Positions 36,579 to 48,721 of a stretch of DNA of 64,000 nucleotides are shown in pieces. The translations under genes and the position numbers were made by a program. Under the pieces are notes generated by a model. It was given only the letters and a program-made list of their open reading frames with translations. It was not told the origin of the DNA and searched no databases. The DNA is from Squalus acanthias (lineage: Eukaryota), in the NCBI GenBank assembly GCA_030390025.1, contig JASTWF010000363.1:124001-188000 (forward strand). Direction: 5' to 3'. The number at the start of each line of letters is the position of its first letter. The stretch's first letter is position 1.

Positions 36579-38089
36579 AACGTTTCCAGTGGATGACCAT
36601 TCAGAGTATGTACCGAAGTTGCAGCAGTACTGGCCATTTCTGTGGTATGGAGGGGAAGCTGCTCAGCAGCAACATAGTCCTATTCCAAAATATGAAATTC
36701 CAGTCTACCATTTGCATCCCTCCTCCATCCAGATCCAATCATGGATGCACCATTCCCATTCAATCACGCTCTCTAGATCCTAGCATGAATTTCATTGTAT
36801 TTTTTATTCATCTTTGGTGTCCAGTTCCAATCAAGAATTTAATTATACTGTGCCCTTTCATTCACAGTGTCCAGTTCCAATCGTAAATTCTGTTCTGCTG
36901 TTTGTGTTCACTTTTGCTGTCCAGTTCAAATTTAAGTTTTAACTTACAGTAATTTGTTTTGGGGCCCTAATGCAATTACCTAAAGAAAACTGGGACTCTT
37001 TTTGCCTCTGTGTCCAAATGAACATCTATGGGATCACTGACTCTGAAACTGTATAAGGGTCTTGCAATATTTTATGTGCCTTACTTTAAGTTTCTTTTGA
37101 TTCATATTGTTCACATAGCATTGTAATCTTAATCACGTTGATTCTACAATCACTAATACCAATATGTGTCTTTTTATATGCTCTCTCTGGGGTTCCAGCT
37201 TATTTCAGTTTGCTTTTGCATTAAAATTAATGAATGGAGAAAAATATACTTAAAATTTATCATCTGTACGTTTTCTTTTTGTACAAGTAACAATTGAACA
37301 ATATAATCTTCAAAAGTAATATAACTCTCTTTGCTGAGCCTTTCTCATTAAAACTATTTTAAAAGTCTTTCTCGTCCAATGCACTGTGATTTGTTTAAAA
37401 AGTCGATGTGTCTCGGCATGTTGACTAACCTATGCACCACATTGATGGGGTCACTGTGGCTAAAGCATCTGCCTGGTCAATGGGGGATCCTGGGTTCAAA
37501 TCCAACTGATGCTTGCATTCCTCTCCATGCATTGTTGCTAAGCATAAATTCAAAATACTCCCAGGTGCTACGTCGTGGAGCGGTGGGCATGGTTTCCTCA
37601 TATGGTGACTTAATTCACAAGGAGTGTAAGTTGCCCTGCAAAGGCTACATGCTCCTCCCTTGGGCAGGCGGAATTGGAAGGTCATTCTCCATCTCAGGCT
37701 GCATTCATGGCTTCAGATTGAAGCATTGCTCTGAACGCCTTAGTACAATGCTTAATTTTGAATGATGATTGATAAGCAAGACAATGTCAATGGTCATTTC
37801 TCTATTTACAATGTCACAAATCGAGCTTTCTCCCCATACTTTCCAAATGTGCTTAATGGGGAAAAAATTGGCTACCATATTTGAGTGTGCACTACTTATA
37901 ATAGGAACACACAAGATATCTAGGATGTATGGTGTCTAGAATGAACAATAAACCTCTTTCCGTTGATATACTTGAAACAGTTGGGTTAACCCTTCCCCTG
38001 CAAAGCCCTGATCCCTGCAAAAGTGGCAGAAAAAGTGCTGACAGACCATATAGTTCAGGCTCAAAAGGGTTAATTACTATTTATTAAAA

Positions 38090-39950
38090 AACTGAAATAA
38101 TAAAAACAGAAAATGCTGGCAATACTCAGCAGGTCAGGCAGCTTCTGTGGAGAGAGAAACAGAGTTAACGGCTGCGAATTTAATTGTTGAGGCGGGATGG
38201 GTACGGGTCAGCTGGTTTCTGGGCTCCGGTCCTGCCCCCAGCTGCCTACGCTCTGCAGACGTGATTTTCCCTTGATTGGCCTTGTTAAGCCCGCCCTGTG
38301 GGCTTACTGGCCAATTAACTGGAAGCGGGTCTGATGACATAATTTGATGACACATCAGCTGCCAGTTTCCTTAAAGGGACCTTGCACAATTTTATTTTGA
38401 CAGTTGATCTGTCAGTGTTTGCCAGCATTGAGGTACTGCAAACACTGACAATCACTGCACAAAGGTGAACACTTGAACCTAGGCTCTCCAATGACTCCCT
38501 CCATATGCTTTTCTACTTTATCACTTTCCCATCTCACTAGCCACCCCTCACACTCACCCTCATTCTACTGCAAGCATACCAACTAACAACACACAAGGAT
38601 AGGCACTTGAAAGGTTTAGCCAATGTCCATGTGAAGTTTCTGGTAATGTGTTGTCATACAATGTAATATCTTTTTCCAAAAGTGCCCCTTATTGGACAGA
38701 TCTGAGCGCACATTGAGAAGTGTCTTACTGAGTTCCAGTGATTGTTCATTCATAATCCCTCCCCCTCACCCCCGCCCCGTCCCGCTATAGTGATGTGTGT
38801 GCATGGAATGGCTTGGACATTAAAGGGATGCTTCATGGTGCTGGTGTGGGATAGTGCCAACCTGGTGCATCATGAAGCATGAAAATGGGAAACCACTATA
38901 AAAATAGGATTAGCAAGGCAGTTAACAGGCTGTTAACTGCCTTAACGACCTGTCCCACCAGTTCCCGTCAGGTAAGTTTCGGAGCAGCTGACCCGACACT
39001 CACAAAAATCGGGTGTGAGCGGGATGGAGGCGGGTTGGCAGTCTGAAGCCATTTTTTCCGATTTTCGCTGCCAACCCGCCTCCAAACCCGCCTCCTCAGG
39101 GCTATTAAAATCGAGCCCAATGTTTCAGGTCGATGACCTTTCATCAGAACTGGAAAAAGTTAGAGATGTAACAGATTTTAAGCAAGTGCAGGGGCAGGGA
39201 AAAGGGGGAGGGGAGGGGAGTAAAAAACAAAAGGGTAGGTCTATGATAGGATGGAAGGCAAGAGATTAAAAGACAGAAAGGATGATGGTGCAAGGTAATA
39301 GGAGATGGTGAGTCCAGAAGGCTGTAAAGTGCATAAACGAAAGATGAGGTGCTGTTCCTTGAACTTACGTTGAGCTTTGTTGGAACAGTGTAAGAGGCCG
39401 AGGACGGAGAGGTCGGGGTGGGAGTGGAGCGGAGAATTAAAGTGACAGGCGACCGGAAGCTCGGGGTCACGCTTACGGACTGAACGGAGGTGTTTCACAA
39501 AGCGGTCAAGCAATCTGCGTTTGGTCTCCCCAATGTAGAGGAGACTGCATGGTCAGCAGAAAATACAATATACTAAATTGCAAGAAGTACAAGTAAATCG
39601 CTGTTTCACCTGGAAGGAGTGTTTGGGGCCCTGGGCAGTGGAAGGGAGGAGGTAATAGGGCAGGTGTTGCGTCTCCTGCGCTTGCACGGGAAGGTGCCAT
39701 GGGAAGGGGTGTTTGGGGTGATTGAGGAGTGGACCAGGGTGTCGTGGAGGGTGCGGTCCCTTCAGAATGCTGAAAGGGGGGGGAGGGGAAGATGTGTTTG
39801 GTGCTGGGATCACGCTGGAGGTGGTGAAAATGGCAGAGGATGATCTGTTGAATGTGGAGGCTGGTGGAGTAAATGGTGAGGACAAAGGGGAACCCTATCG
39901 TGGTCCTGGGAGAGAGGGGAAGGGGTGAGAGCAGAATGTGGGATATCGAA
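38090..39950 (-). mobile_element. Penelope-like element 3' part (GIY-YIG endonuclease + terminal repeat), interrupted by Harbinger
   Basis: QRFTCTSCNLVYCI..YIGET, HLRSVRKRDPELPVACHFNS..EQHLIFRL. Confidence 0.85.
38170..39118 (+). mobile_element. Non-autonomous Harbinger (family B) nested in a Penelope element
   Basis: TIRs ggctgcgaattt / aaaatcgagccc; TSD AAC/AAT; left end similar to the 35555 element. Confidence 0.85.
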
Positions 39951-40372
39951 CGGATAAAATTCCTGTAACCTTTCAGTTCACTCCAGTAACTTTCACAATT
40001 TGGACGATGTGGCCATGATAAAAACTTATGTGAAAAAGACACTGTATTGAATCCTATAGTCTCCAGCTCATATGGTAATACAATGAGAATGGAACCAAAT
40101 AACATAAACTGCCAATCCCAGTTATTTGTCTCTCTTTCATTTGCTCCAAGCTAGTATAAAGAAAGATAGGAAGCTCTCATTCACAGATGATAAAAACTGT
40201 CAGTCAAGCATAGATTTTAAAGTCACCTGGAATAGGCTGAAGAATAGGCCATTGACAACCTAATTTTAAACAATTTTATCAGCTAGGTGGTTTGCACCTT
40301 CCCACACTTGTTGAGCAATATAAATAGCTTGGTGCTAAAAGACCATAATCATAGAAGACCATTTGACCCATT

Positions 40373-41225
40373 GGACTGAATCTTAACTCCCAAAAACGGG
40401 TGGGTTGGGGTCGTGTCAGAGGTTAAAACGCAAAATATCTGGAACAGAAACCGAACCCACCATAACCCGCCCACTTCCGGTTTTAACGGAGGCAGGATGA
40501 GGGGTGGGCGACCAATCAGCTATCGGGAAGCGGGTTGGTCATTTTAATATTATAATGTGGCTGTGGGCTTTCATTTTAACAGTGATTCTATTTTTAACCA
40601 CACGCGGCCAGGTTTCCCAGGCCTCAGGAAACGCGGCAGCTGAAAGCAGGCGATAAAGGTTGAATCTATGAGGTAAGTGCCTTTGCAGCACTGCTTGTGG
40701 TCAAGGAGGAGCAGGAGTGGTTCCTCTAGTCCCAACAACGTACCCAGTAAAACCACCCATCCCCGCGATCTGTCTGTTCCCACCCCGACCACCATCGGAC
40801 ACCCCCCCGCCAAGACCCCCCCAAAATCAGGACCCCCAGACCACCATCGACACCCCCTCTACGCAATCGGGATCCCTCCACAATCCGGACACCCCCAGCT
40901 ATCCAGACAACCTCCTGCGCGCGATCCGGACCACCCCAAATGATCTCTCTCACTCCCCCAATACACCTCGCAGGCTTCAGCCTTTTGAAGCAGGTTTCCC
41001 ACTTGAAAGACCTCCAGGCTGTCAATCAGGCTGCCTGTAGCAGGAACCCCACTTAAAGGAGCCCTGCAGTTAAATTCTGCAGGACATTTGGGAAAACCGT
41101 TCTTCCGGGTTTCCTGACCTCAGAACAGCAGCCCCCCCCTTCCCCCCCCCCCACACCAGCTACTCCCCTCCACCCCCCATCCCCCACCCCCGCACAGAAC
41201 TCACCTCCAGGCTAAAATCCAGGCC
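40373..41225. mobile_element. Non-autonomous Harbinger
   Basis: Ends ggactgaatctta / taaaatccaggcc, TSD ATT/ATT, aacccgcc-type subterminal motifs. Confidence 0.75.
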
Positions 41226-41704
41226 ATTGTTTCTGCTGACTCTATGCTCGGGCAATCCAAATCAAATCTTGCCATAACCCCATTACTTCTTTCTCTTGTA
41301 GTCTATGTTCCAGTTTAGCAAACCTCAGAGGCGACTGACTTTTTTTTGGCTTTATATGTAATCACACTGTCAGCGATTTATTATGGTTTCTGTATTCACC
41401 CACATCCTTAAACATATTTCCATTCAATGTATATTGCTTGCTTTTCCTCCAAAATATATTACCTCACTCTTCTCCACATTAAATTGCATCTGTCATCTGT
41501 CTGCCAATTCCGCTAATCTGCACGTGTCCTTCTGAAGTACTTTACCGTCCTTTACAGTCTGCTATAATGAAAAGATGCTAATTCTGAGACAAATCACACC
41601 CTGCTAGCTTTTCAAAAACAAAGCTTTTTGTTATAGCATCTTTTCTCGCAGTGGCAAATTTGAGTGTGTGGATATATATGTGTGTGGATATATAAACATA
41701 TCAC

Positions 41705-42200
41705 ATATTCCAGGTAATTGACTTATCAAAAAGACAGACAGACTGGAACAGGAGTGGAGGCAGCCCTGATAATTAAGGATGACGTAAGGACTGTAGTGAG
41801 AAAAGATCTTGGCTCAGAAGATCAGGAAGTAGAATCCGTAGGGGTGGAGATAAGAAATAACAAGGGGCAGAAAACACTGGTGGGAGTAGTTTATAGGCCC
41901 CCTAACAGTAGCTTTACCATTGGACAGAGTATTAATCAAGAGGTAATAGGAGCTTGTAGCAAAGGTAATACAATAATCGTGGGGGACTTTAATCTGCATA
42001 TAGATTGGGCAAATCAAATTGGCAAGGGTTGTCTGGAGGACGAGTTCTTGGAATCTATTCAGGACAGTTTCCTAGAACAATACGTCATGGAACCAACCAG
42101 GGAACAGGCTATTTTAGATCATGTTTCGTGTAATGAGACAGGGTTAATTAGTAAACTTATAGTAAAAGATCCTCTCGGAAAAAGTGATCATAATATTTAA
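41705..42200 (+). mobile_element. CR1 endonuclease fragment
   Basis: GVVYRPPNS, IVGDFNL, PLGKSDHN. Confidence 0.9.
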
Positions 42201-42274
42201 TTGAAACAACCTGTCAACTGGAACACAATCTATTCCCTTCATTATCTTATAAACCTCAATCAGTTCACCTCTAA

Positions 42275-43012
42275 GTGGTACATACTCATGTGACTCGGCC
42301 AACGTTGTCTACCTCATACGTTGCAGGAAAGAATGCACCGCGGCATGGTACATCGGCGAGACAACGTATGAACGAGCACCGCGCAACAATCGCCAGGCAG
42401 GATTGTTACCTCCCAGTCGGGGAACACTTCAGCAGTCAAGGACATTCAGCCTCGGATCTGCGGGTAAGCGTTCTCCAAGGCAACCTTAGAAACACACGAC
42501 AACGCAAAATCATCGAGCAGAAACTGATAGCCAAGTTCCGCACTCATGAAGACGGTCTCAACCGGGATCTTGGGTTTATGTCACGATACATGACGTGATC
42601 CGGATTCGAGTCGTCGTTGGCTTGTTCACAGATGTGATTCCCAGTAAAAAAGTAAAAATTTTCCCAGTAAAAAAGTAAAAATTTTAAAGCTTTTCGTTTT
42701 ACATACAGACGGCAGCTTTTGACACGTTAGAACCCCTGCGACTACACCTCATTGTCTCAGTTGTATCTTGCTATGTCTTTGATGTGGTACCTTCCTGGCT
42801 GACTTGATTAACTTTATCACACCTCGGCAGATAGTCAGGATGATTTAATTTAGTGGTCTGCAATTGTAAGGTACACATGCTTTGTTCTCTATCTATATAT
42901 GCTTTGGCGATTCTGTATCTAATTTACTTCACCTGAGGAAGGGGCAATCGATAGCTCCGAAAGCTTGTGATTTCAAATAAAACTGTTGGACTATAACCTG
43001 GTGTTGTGCGAC
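42275..43012 (+). mobile_element. Penelope-like element 3' part, second family
   Basis: CDSANVVYLIRC..WYIGET; RMNEHR..LPVGEHFS..EQKLIAKFRTHEDGLNRD; hammerhead in 3' region. Confidence 0.85.
42929..42970 (+). ncRNA. Minimal type I hammerhead ribozyme
   Basis: tcac-CTGAGGA-a-ggggc(loop)gctcc-GAAA-gctt-gtga; stems I and II pair; palindromic AAGCTT stem III. Confidence 0.8.
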
Positions 43013-43353
43013 CTCTCAATTTGGATCAAATTACATATTGCAGGCAGGATGCTGGGAGCCTGGTGTCGAGTTACACCTCCTACTACCCTGCATACACCAA
43101 TACGCTAGAGGATGTGATATTACTCATAGATGCATCCACTTAAATATTCAAACAGAGCAGCAGACCGATCAGCTAACTCAGTTCCTGATAAATAGCACCA
43201 ACTAATGGCGAGGAGAGTAATCTATTTCTAACAGCTTGCCAGACCTGTTTCCACAAACTTGGGTTTGCTAGGAGCCGGCAGCAGTTGGTAGGCCGTGGAA
43301 GAAGATCACACCCTTAAAAGAAAGCCGAAGAAATTAACAAAAAAGGAAGCGAG

Positions 43354-43383
43354 ATGCTGCATTCCAATCTAAAAGACTGCAAG
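43354..43383 (+). CDS. TTC38: TTC38-like copy B, first coding exon
   Basis: ATG CTG CAT TCC AAT CTA AAA GAC TGC AAG|gtaagc = MLHSNLKDCK, resembles TTC38 N-terminal LRDCQ; phase 0 fits next exon. Confidence 0.85.
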
Positions 43384-45738
43384 GTAAGCTGCAGACAAAG
43401 ACAGTTGACAGATACAAGGACTGCTATTAAATAAAGCCAGAACACTCCAGAAGACTGTGTCATAACTAAAGGCCAGAGGTGGTGTATAATATCCAAAGAA
43501 CACACACTAAAAACGTAGAAGTGGGGAGACCAGCAACCAGAGCACTGGAGAACTCCAGCCACAAGGTGATAGAGGTGCAGATTCAGGATTTGGGGGTGAA
43601 GGGGGAAACATGGGGCAGCAGCAGTCAATGGTGCGGAGATGTTGCATAGATAAAAGTAGGAAAGCAGTCTTAGTGACAAATTGTATGTGAGGGAGGAAGC
43701 TTCGCTTCAGGTCAAACAATACACCAAGCTTCCACAGCTCTGGGCTGAGGCTGAGGTGGCAGCCAGGGAGGTAGATGTTGTTGAGGCCAGAGGCTCATAG
43801 GTAATTGAGGGCGTTGAAGAGAATGGTTTTGGTTTTTCTGATGGGCTGAAGGATTTTTGTTGGCTTATCCAGGTCTGATTGTCAGAAAAGCAGCTTGAGA
43901 TGCTGGCATTGGCTATGGGGTTGGTAGAAGGGGAGGCGAGCTGATATTTCATTAATATACATGTGAAAGCTGAATCTGTGCTTCTGGATAATATTGTCCT
44001 TCTGTTTTTCCCTTGTTGCCTTCTGGTCCTTTTACATGGGTGCTCTGAATATCTTCTGAAAAGAATGGTGTGTGGTGAAGGAGGAGTGGAAAGTCTTTAA
44101 CACAGTTACACAAATCAAATAATCTGTTATGGAGAACCATTCTCTTGAAGCAAATGATTTTAGTTCATTGAGATACCAAAATGGTTAGCCCTTCCAAAGG
44201 TATTTTACAGCTCAAGCCAGCAAATCTGCTCTCGTGTGCTGTTCAGTTCAGATCTCCCTTCTGTCTTCCTTCCTTCCTGTTAATCTAAAACCCTTCCCTA
44301 TTGAATATGTAGCTCAAATCCTTTTCTGCTCCGTCTCTGTTAACCTGAACGATTTCCCCCTGCCTTTTCCTGGTCCAGCATGTCCAGTTGGCCTTGATCT
44401 TGTAGAAGCAGAAACTTCCCTCCAGGGAGATGCAGTGTAAAGGCCAGTTAGGTAATTATCCGACATGAGTCCTCTGTTTCTCTGGGTAAAAGCCTCACAT
44501 GCTCTGGTTGAGATTGAGAAATTACTGGAATGGGGAATCGTGGCCTTCGACCCAGTTTCTGCCAAACTGCAAAAGTAGAATTAGTTATATACAGTGACTA
44601 TTATTTTGCAGGAATAAACTGCATTAAAATTTAATAAGCCTAGAATCATTACTCTTCATTGTATATTTTCACATGTCAGGAACCCATTGGCTGTGGGCCT
44701 GTGCTACAACAAAAGTAAAAGAAAACAGCCCAAAGCAGAATCATCCCAGTACAGTAAATTCATTCATGGAGAGCTTCAGATAAAAATCATAAATCTCTTG
44801 CTCTCCTGGTTTATGATGTTAATTGAAGTCTTTTATTTAATTATGGCCTTGAAATCACTCTCATGTATTGTCTATTCTGTGTGTAAATTATTGAACCCCT
44901 TGATTACATTCCAACATTTTAACAATTCCAGGATATCCATTATTCTATACACAAGCTGTCTGAACTCCTTGAATAGACTGCTATCTTACAGTTGCTCCAT
45001 TCTATAAAGTGTTTGAAATTATTAGGTCAGATTTTCCTCTTTGTTGCACCTGGAGAATGCCCAGTTCCCTAGTGCAGTGAGCACCATTGTGTCAGGTCTC
45101 CGCACCCACAACACTGCCCTGGGATTGCCCAAAATAACGTAACTAGGATAGATTCAGGCCCAGTGTAAGAATATTAATGAAGTAGGAGGAGATGTCCTCA
45201 GCCTACAACATCACTTTTCGTTTAGTCTGCCTGTGGGGTACCCAAACACAGGGATGCCTGAAGGAACCTGATGTTGGGACTTACACTGGTACCTTCCACA
45301 GTCTGGAGGATCTTCAGGGGTCCTGGTGCAGCCCAGACAATCAGAGGCAAAAGGTACTATAAGATTTCCTCTCAGGTTGATCTTGAGGGTGGCTGGGCGC
45401 GTGGGGGCGGGTGGTTAGCAGCCAGAAGGCCCTGATGCCGGCCACTAGAAATGTAGCTGCAAGCTTCTAGGGACTGTAACTCTGCTGCTGTTTCTGCTCC
45501 TTGATCCCCGCTCAAAGCCCTGCCAGGGTGTGGGCCTGTGTCAGGGATGCACCCAGGTGCCTGTCGGGTGCCCAGCATGGTCATGAAGAGTAAAGTCAGC
45601 CTGAGTATTTTGTAATCATTTCCAGGTGTCCACTGTTTTGCACACAAACAATTCTGATCTTTAGTTCTGCTTCAGTAGATGCTCTTCATTTGTTGCAGTA
45701 AAAGAGATTCAGTAATGCTGTACTCTGATTGTTCCCAG

Positions 45739-45816
45739 GCTTGGCAGGATGTTGGTCTTTCCCTTTCCACAACCAGCAATGAGGCCTGCAAAATGTATGA
45801 TGCTTGTCTGAACCAG
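45739..45816 (+). CDS. TTC38: TTC38-like copy B, exon 2
   Basis: cccag|GCT...CAG|gtgagg; 78 nt, AWQDVGLSLSTTSNEACKMYDACLNQ. Confidence 0.95.
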
Positions 45817-47387
45817 GTGAGGCTTCTGTGCTAATGAAATGTATTAAATCCAGTGACTAATATCTTCCCCACCCTCAGCAATCACAATGCATCATCTTAT
45901 ATAAGGTTACACAGAAACCGGTTATTCAGCCTAACTGGTCTGTGCCGGTATTTATGCTCCACACGAGCTTCCTCCCACACAACCTGCTCGAGATTCTCCT
46001 CATCTCATTTTGCAACGCTTGAGATTTTTATACAGTGCACCCAATTCATGTTGTATGTCAAAATTCCAGTCTTGAGTTTCAATACTCCAAACCGGGAAAT
46101 GTCAGGATGACGGAGGAAATTCGAGCATTACGTGAATAACAATTTGGTGATGTAGGGTGGGACAGGAGGAGGAAGGTACACTGGGGTGGGCAGACGAGAA
46201 AGAGGAAGGTAGAATACGATTGGAGAGCGAAGATAGAGTTTAGTGAGAGGCCAGAGGAGGAAAATCTGAGGTCTGTGGGGTGGGGGCAGAGAATTGAAGG
46301 TCACCGGAAGATGTCGGAATAAGGTTGGAGGCTAAAGGAAACAGCTGCACTGATCAAACCAGTGACACAAATATTTTGTGGGTGGCGGTGAGGGGAGGGG
46401 AGAGGAGGATCGTGTAGCAAGTAGGAGATGGGGAGAGCAGAGGGGCAATGGGAAAAGTGAAAAGGATGACCTTGGTCTTATGGGAATGGGAGAGAAGGAG
46501 GGGAAAGGGGCAAGGTGGACAGCCAGGAAAGCTGGTGGAGAAGACAGAGGAGTGGGGACGGGGAAGAAGAGAAGGACGAAGAGAGAGGGAAGAGGACAGG
46601 GGAGGGGGAGAGGTGAAAGAGATTATCAAAAATAAAAATGGGACTAAGAAAAATGAATTAAATGAAGATGGGTGATTCATTCATTTATAGCCGCCTTACA
46701 CAGAATGGGGAGAAATGGGACAAAATTAATTTTAAGGAAAGTTGCCAATGGTGGGAATATTTAATTACATGAATTTGGGAGAAAGTTGACAAAATTAAAT
46801 AAATAAAGATGTGCAGTTAATAAATGAAAAGGACCCTTCCACGTCAGCAACATTAATTAAATGAAGATCTTTGCTACAGTCAACAAAATTAAAGATTGGT
46901 GCTTCTCTGTCGAAAATTAAAGATTGGAGTATTGGTGGACAAAATGAATGAAATAAAGATGGGACTGCTCTGGGGAAAATGAATTAAATACAAGGCCACT
47001 CGACAGGGATGGGGAGAAGCAGTATGGACAACCAATTCTTCCCTTGCTGACCACAATGCTTTTGGGGCAGTGGCAGCAAGCGACAGGCCGGCATTACTGC
47101 AAGGCCAGCGAGGTGAGCAGGTGGGTGGGCCAGCCAGCGAGCAATTGAGCAAAGGTAACTAAGCCGCAAGCAAGGGCAGGCTGAATGATCCAGTGCTGGT
47201 GTAGTCATTTAACACACACTGGGTGAAGAGAGGCACAGCAGCAATGGCAATACTACAGTTACACGAAGAGGCAGACGAGTGGAGCGGGGCCCAGAAGTGG
47301 AATCCACGCTAGTGGCCAAACAGGAGCTAGGGAAACATAAAAACACAGATTTCTGTTGGCCCCAATTTGTTCGTGTGATGCAGGTGA

Positions 47388-47668
47388 CACTAGCAAGGGA
47401 CTATTTATTACCCATTCTCAGTTGCCCTGAGGGATTAGAAGTCAACCACATAATGTGGGACTGGAGTCACATGTAGACCAAACCGGATATAGGCGGCAGG
47501 TTCTCATTGATGAAGGACATTAGTAACTCAGTTGGGTAAATTAGTAAATCTGGTGCTAGGTCACAAATTACCAGATTTTATTGAATTCAGTTTCACAGCT
47601 TGCCATGGTGGGAATTTTGGAGTCACAACCTCAGGGTTGCTCGTCCAGTACCATAACCAAAAGGCTAC
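47388..47668 (-). mobile_element. tRNA-headed SINE sharing head/body and 3' tail with the Zenon-like LINE
   Basis: Similar to 51240-51525, joined to tail cccattctcagttgccct (cf. 48781-48798). Confidence 0.75.
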
Positions 47669-47714
47669 TCTTGAGGAAGTTTAATAGTTTGGTCACAGAA
47701 AACAGTTAAATATA

Positions 47715-47980
47715 TCCGAGTGCTGGCACCAGAAAAATATGACTGCCATAAAAACCCAACTGGTTCACCAATGTGCTTTAGTAAAGGAACCTGCCACCCC
47801 TACCAGACCTGGCCTACAGGTGCCTCCAGTCTCACACTGTTGTTGACACTTAGCAAGCCAGACAGTTGTAAAAACAATTACTTCAAGTTGAAGCCAACCA
47901 CCACTTTCTCACAGCAACTAGGGATGAGCAGTAAATGCAGCCTTGCCAGCATCACCTACATCCTGGGAACAAATAAAAAC
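47715..47980 (+). mobile_element. Second copy of the same SINE (body + tail)
   Basis: aaaaacccaactggttcaccaatgt..ctggcctaca..ctccag body; tail caactagggatgagcagtaaatgcagccttgccagc. Confidence 0.75.
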
Positions 47981-48045
47981 TTGCTTCTGTGTATATTTCC
48001 AGTAACCCAGTGGTAAAAGGCAGATTGTTGTCCCCGAGACACACG

Positions 48046-48202
48046 GGGGGTGAATTTCCGCAGGATTTTCTGATCGTCTGCCACAACTGAGGCAGAAGAG
48101 GTGCCAAAATCACTGAAAAATGGCACAAACAGTCTTGGTTTTTCCAGGGGTTCCGTGGCTCTTCCGCTGATATAGGGAGAACCCCTGCGGAAATTCATCC
48201 TG
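48046..48202. mobile_element. Short Harbinger-like MITE
   Basis: TIR gggggtgaatttccgcagg / cctgcggaaattcatcc; related in opposite orientation to 60050-60159. Confidence 0.75.
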
Positions 48203-48721
48203 ATATCCAATACAGTACAAACGAATGGTTAAGTTTCTGTCCAGAAGCAGTGCAGCCCTACTTGTGGAAGCGACCTTTTGCACAGAGTGTTGGGTGATGG
48301 CTCGATTTAGAACAGAGTGGTTTAGGGAGATTAGAGCTAAGTTGGCCAATGGCTGCGCTACTGATGGTGGAACAGAAAAAGGAGAGATTTACAAGAGCCC
48401 AGAATCAGAAGACTGAATGGCTTGGGCTGGCAGTGGTTGCAGAGTTAGGATGGGTGGAGATCATGGAGGGATTTACAAACAAAATCCAAGATTTTGAATT
48501 CGGGAACTTTACAACCAGTGGTGGGGGAAGAATTTCATCCCATGAATCTGGCCTGAAATCTGAGCCAATGTCCACTGTGCTATTAAATCTCTTGGAGGTG
48601 GGGACAGGGTTGCTTAAAAGCAAAGTATATGGAGAAACAGAATTAAAAGCAGTAAGCAGTTTTATTTTTTATTTATAGCCAGGTTTTTTAATCAATTTCT
48701 AATTTTTTTCTCTGAGGAAGA

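Noticed and set aside
42638..42683. 23-bp direct duplication (ttcccagtaaaaaagtaaaaatt x2)
   Set aside because: Ordinary slippage inside a Penelope 3' region; no sign of function.
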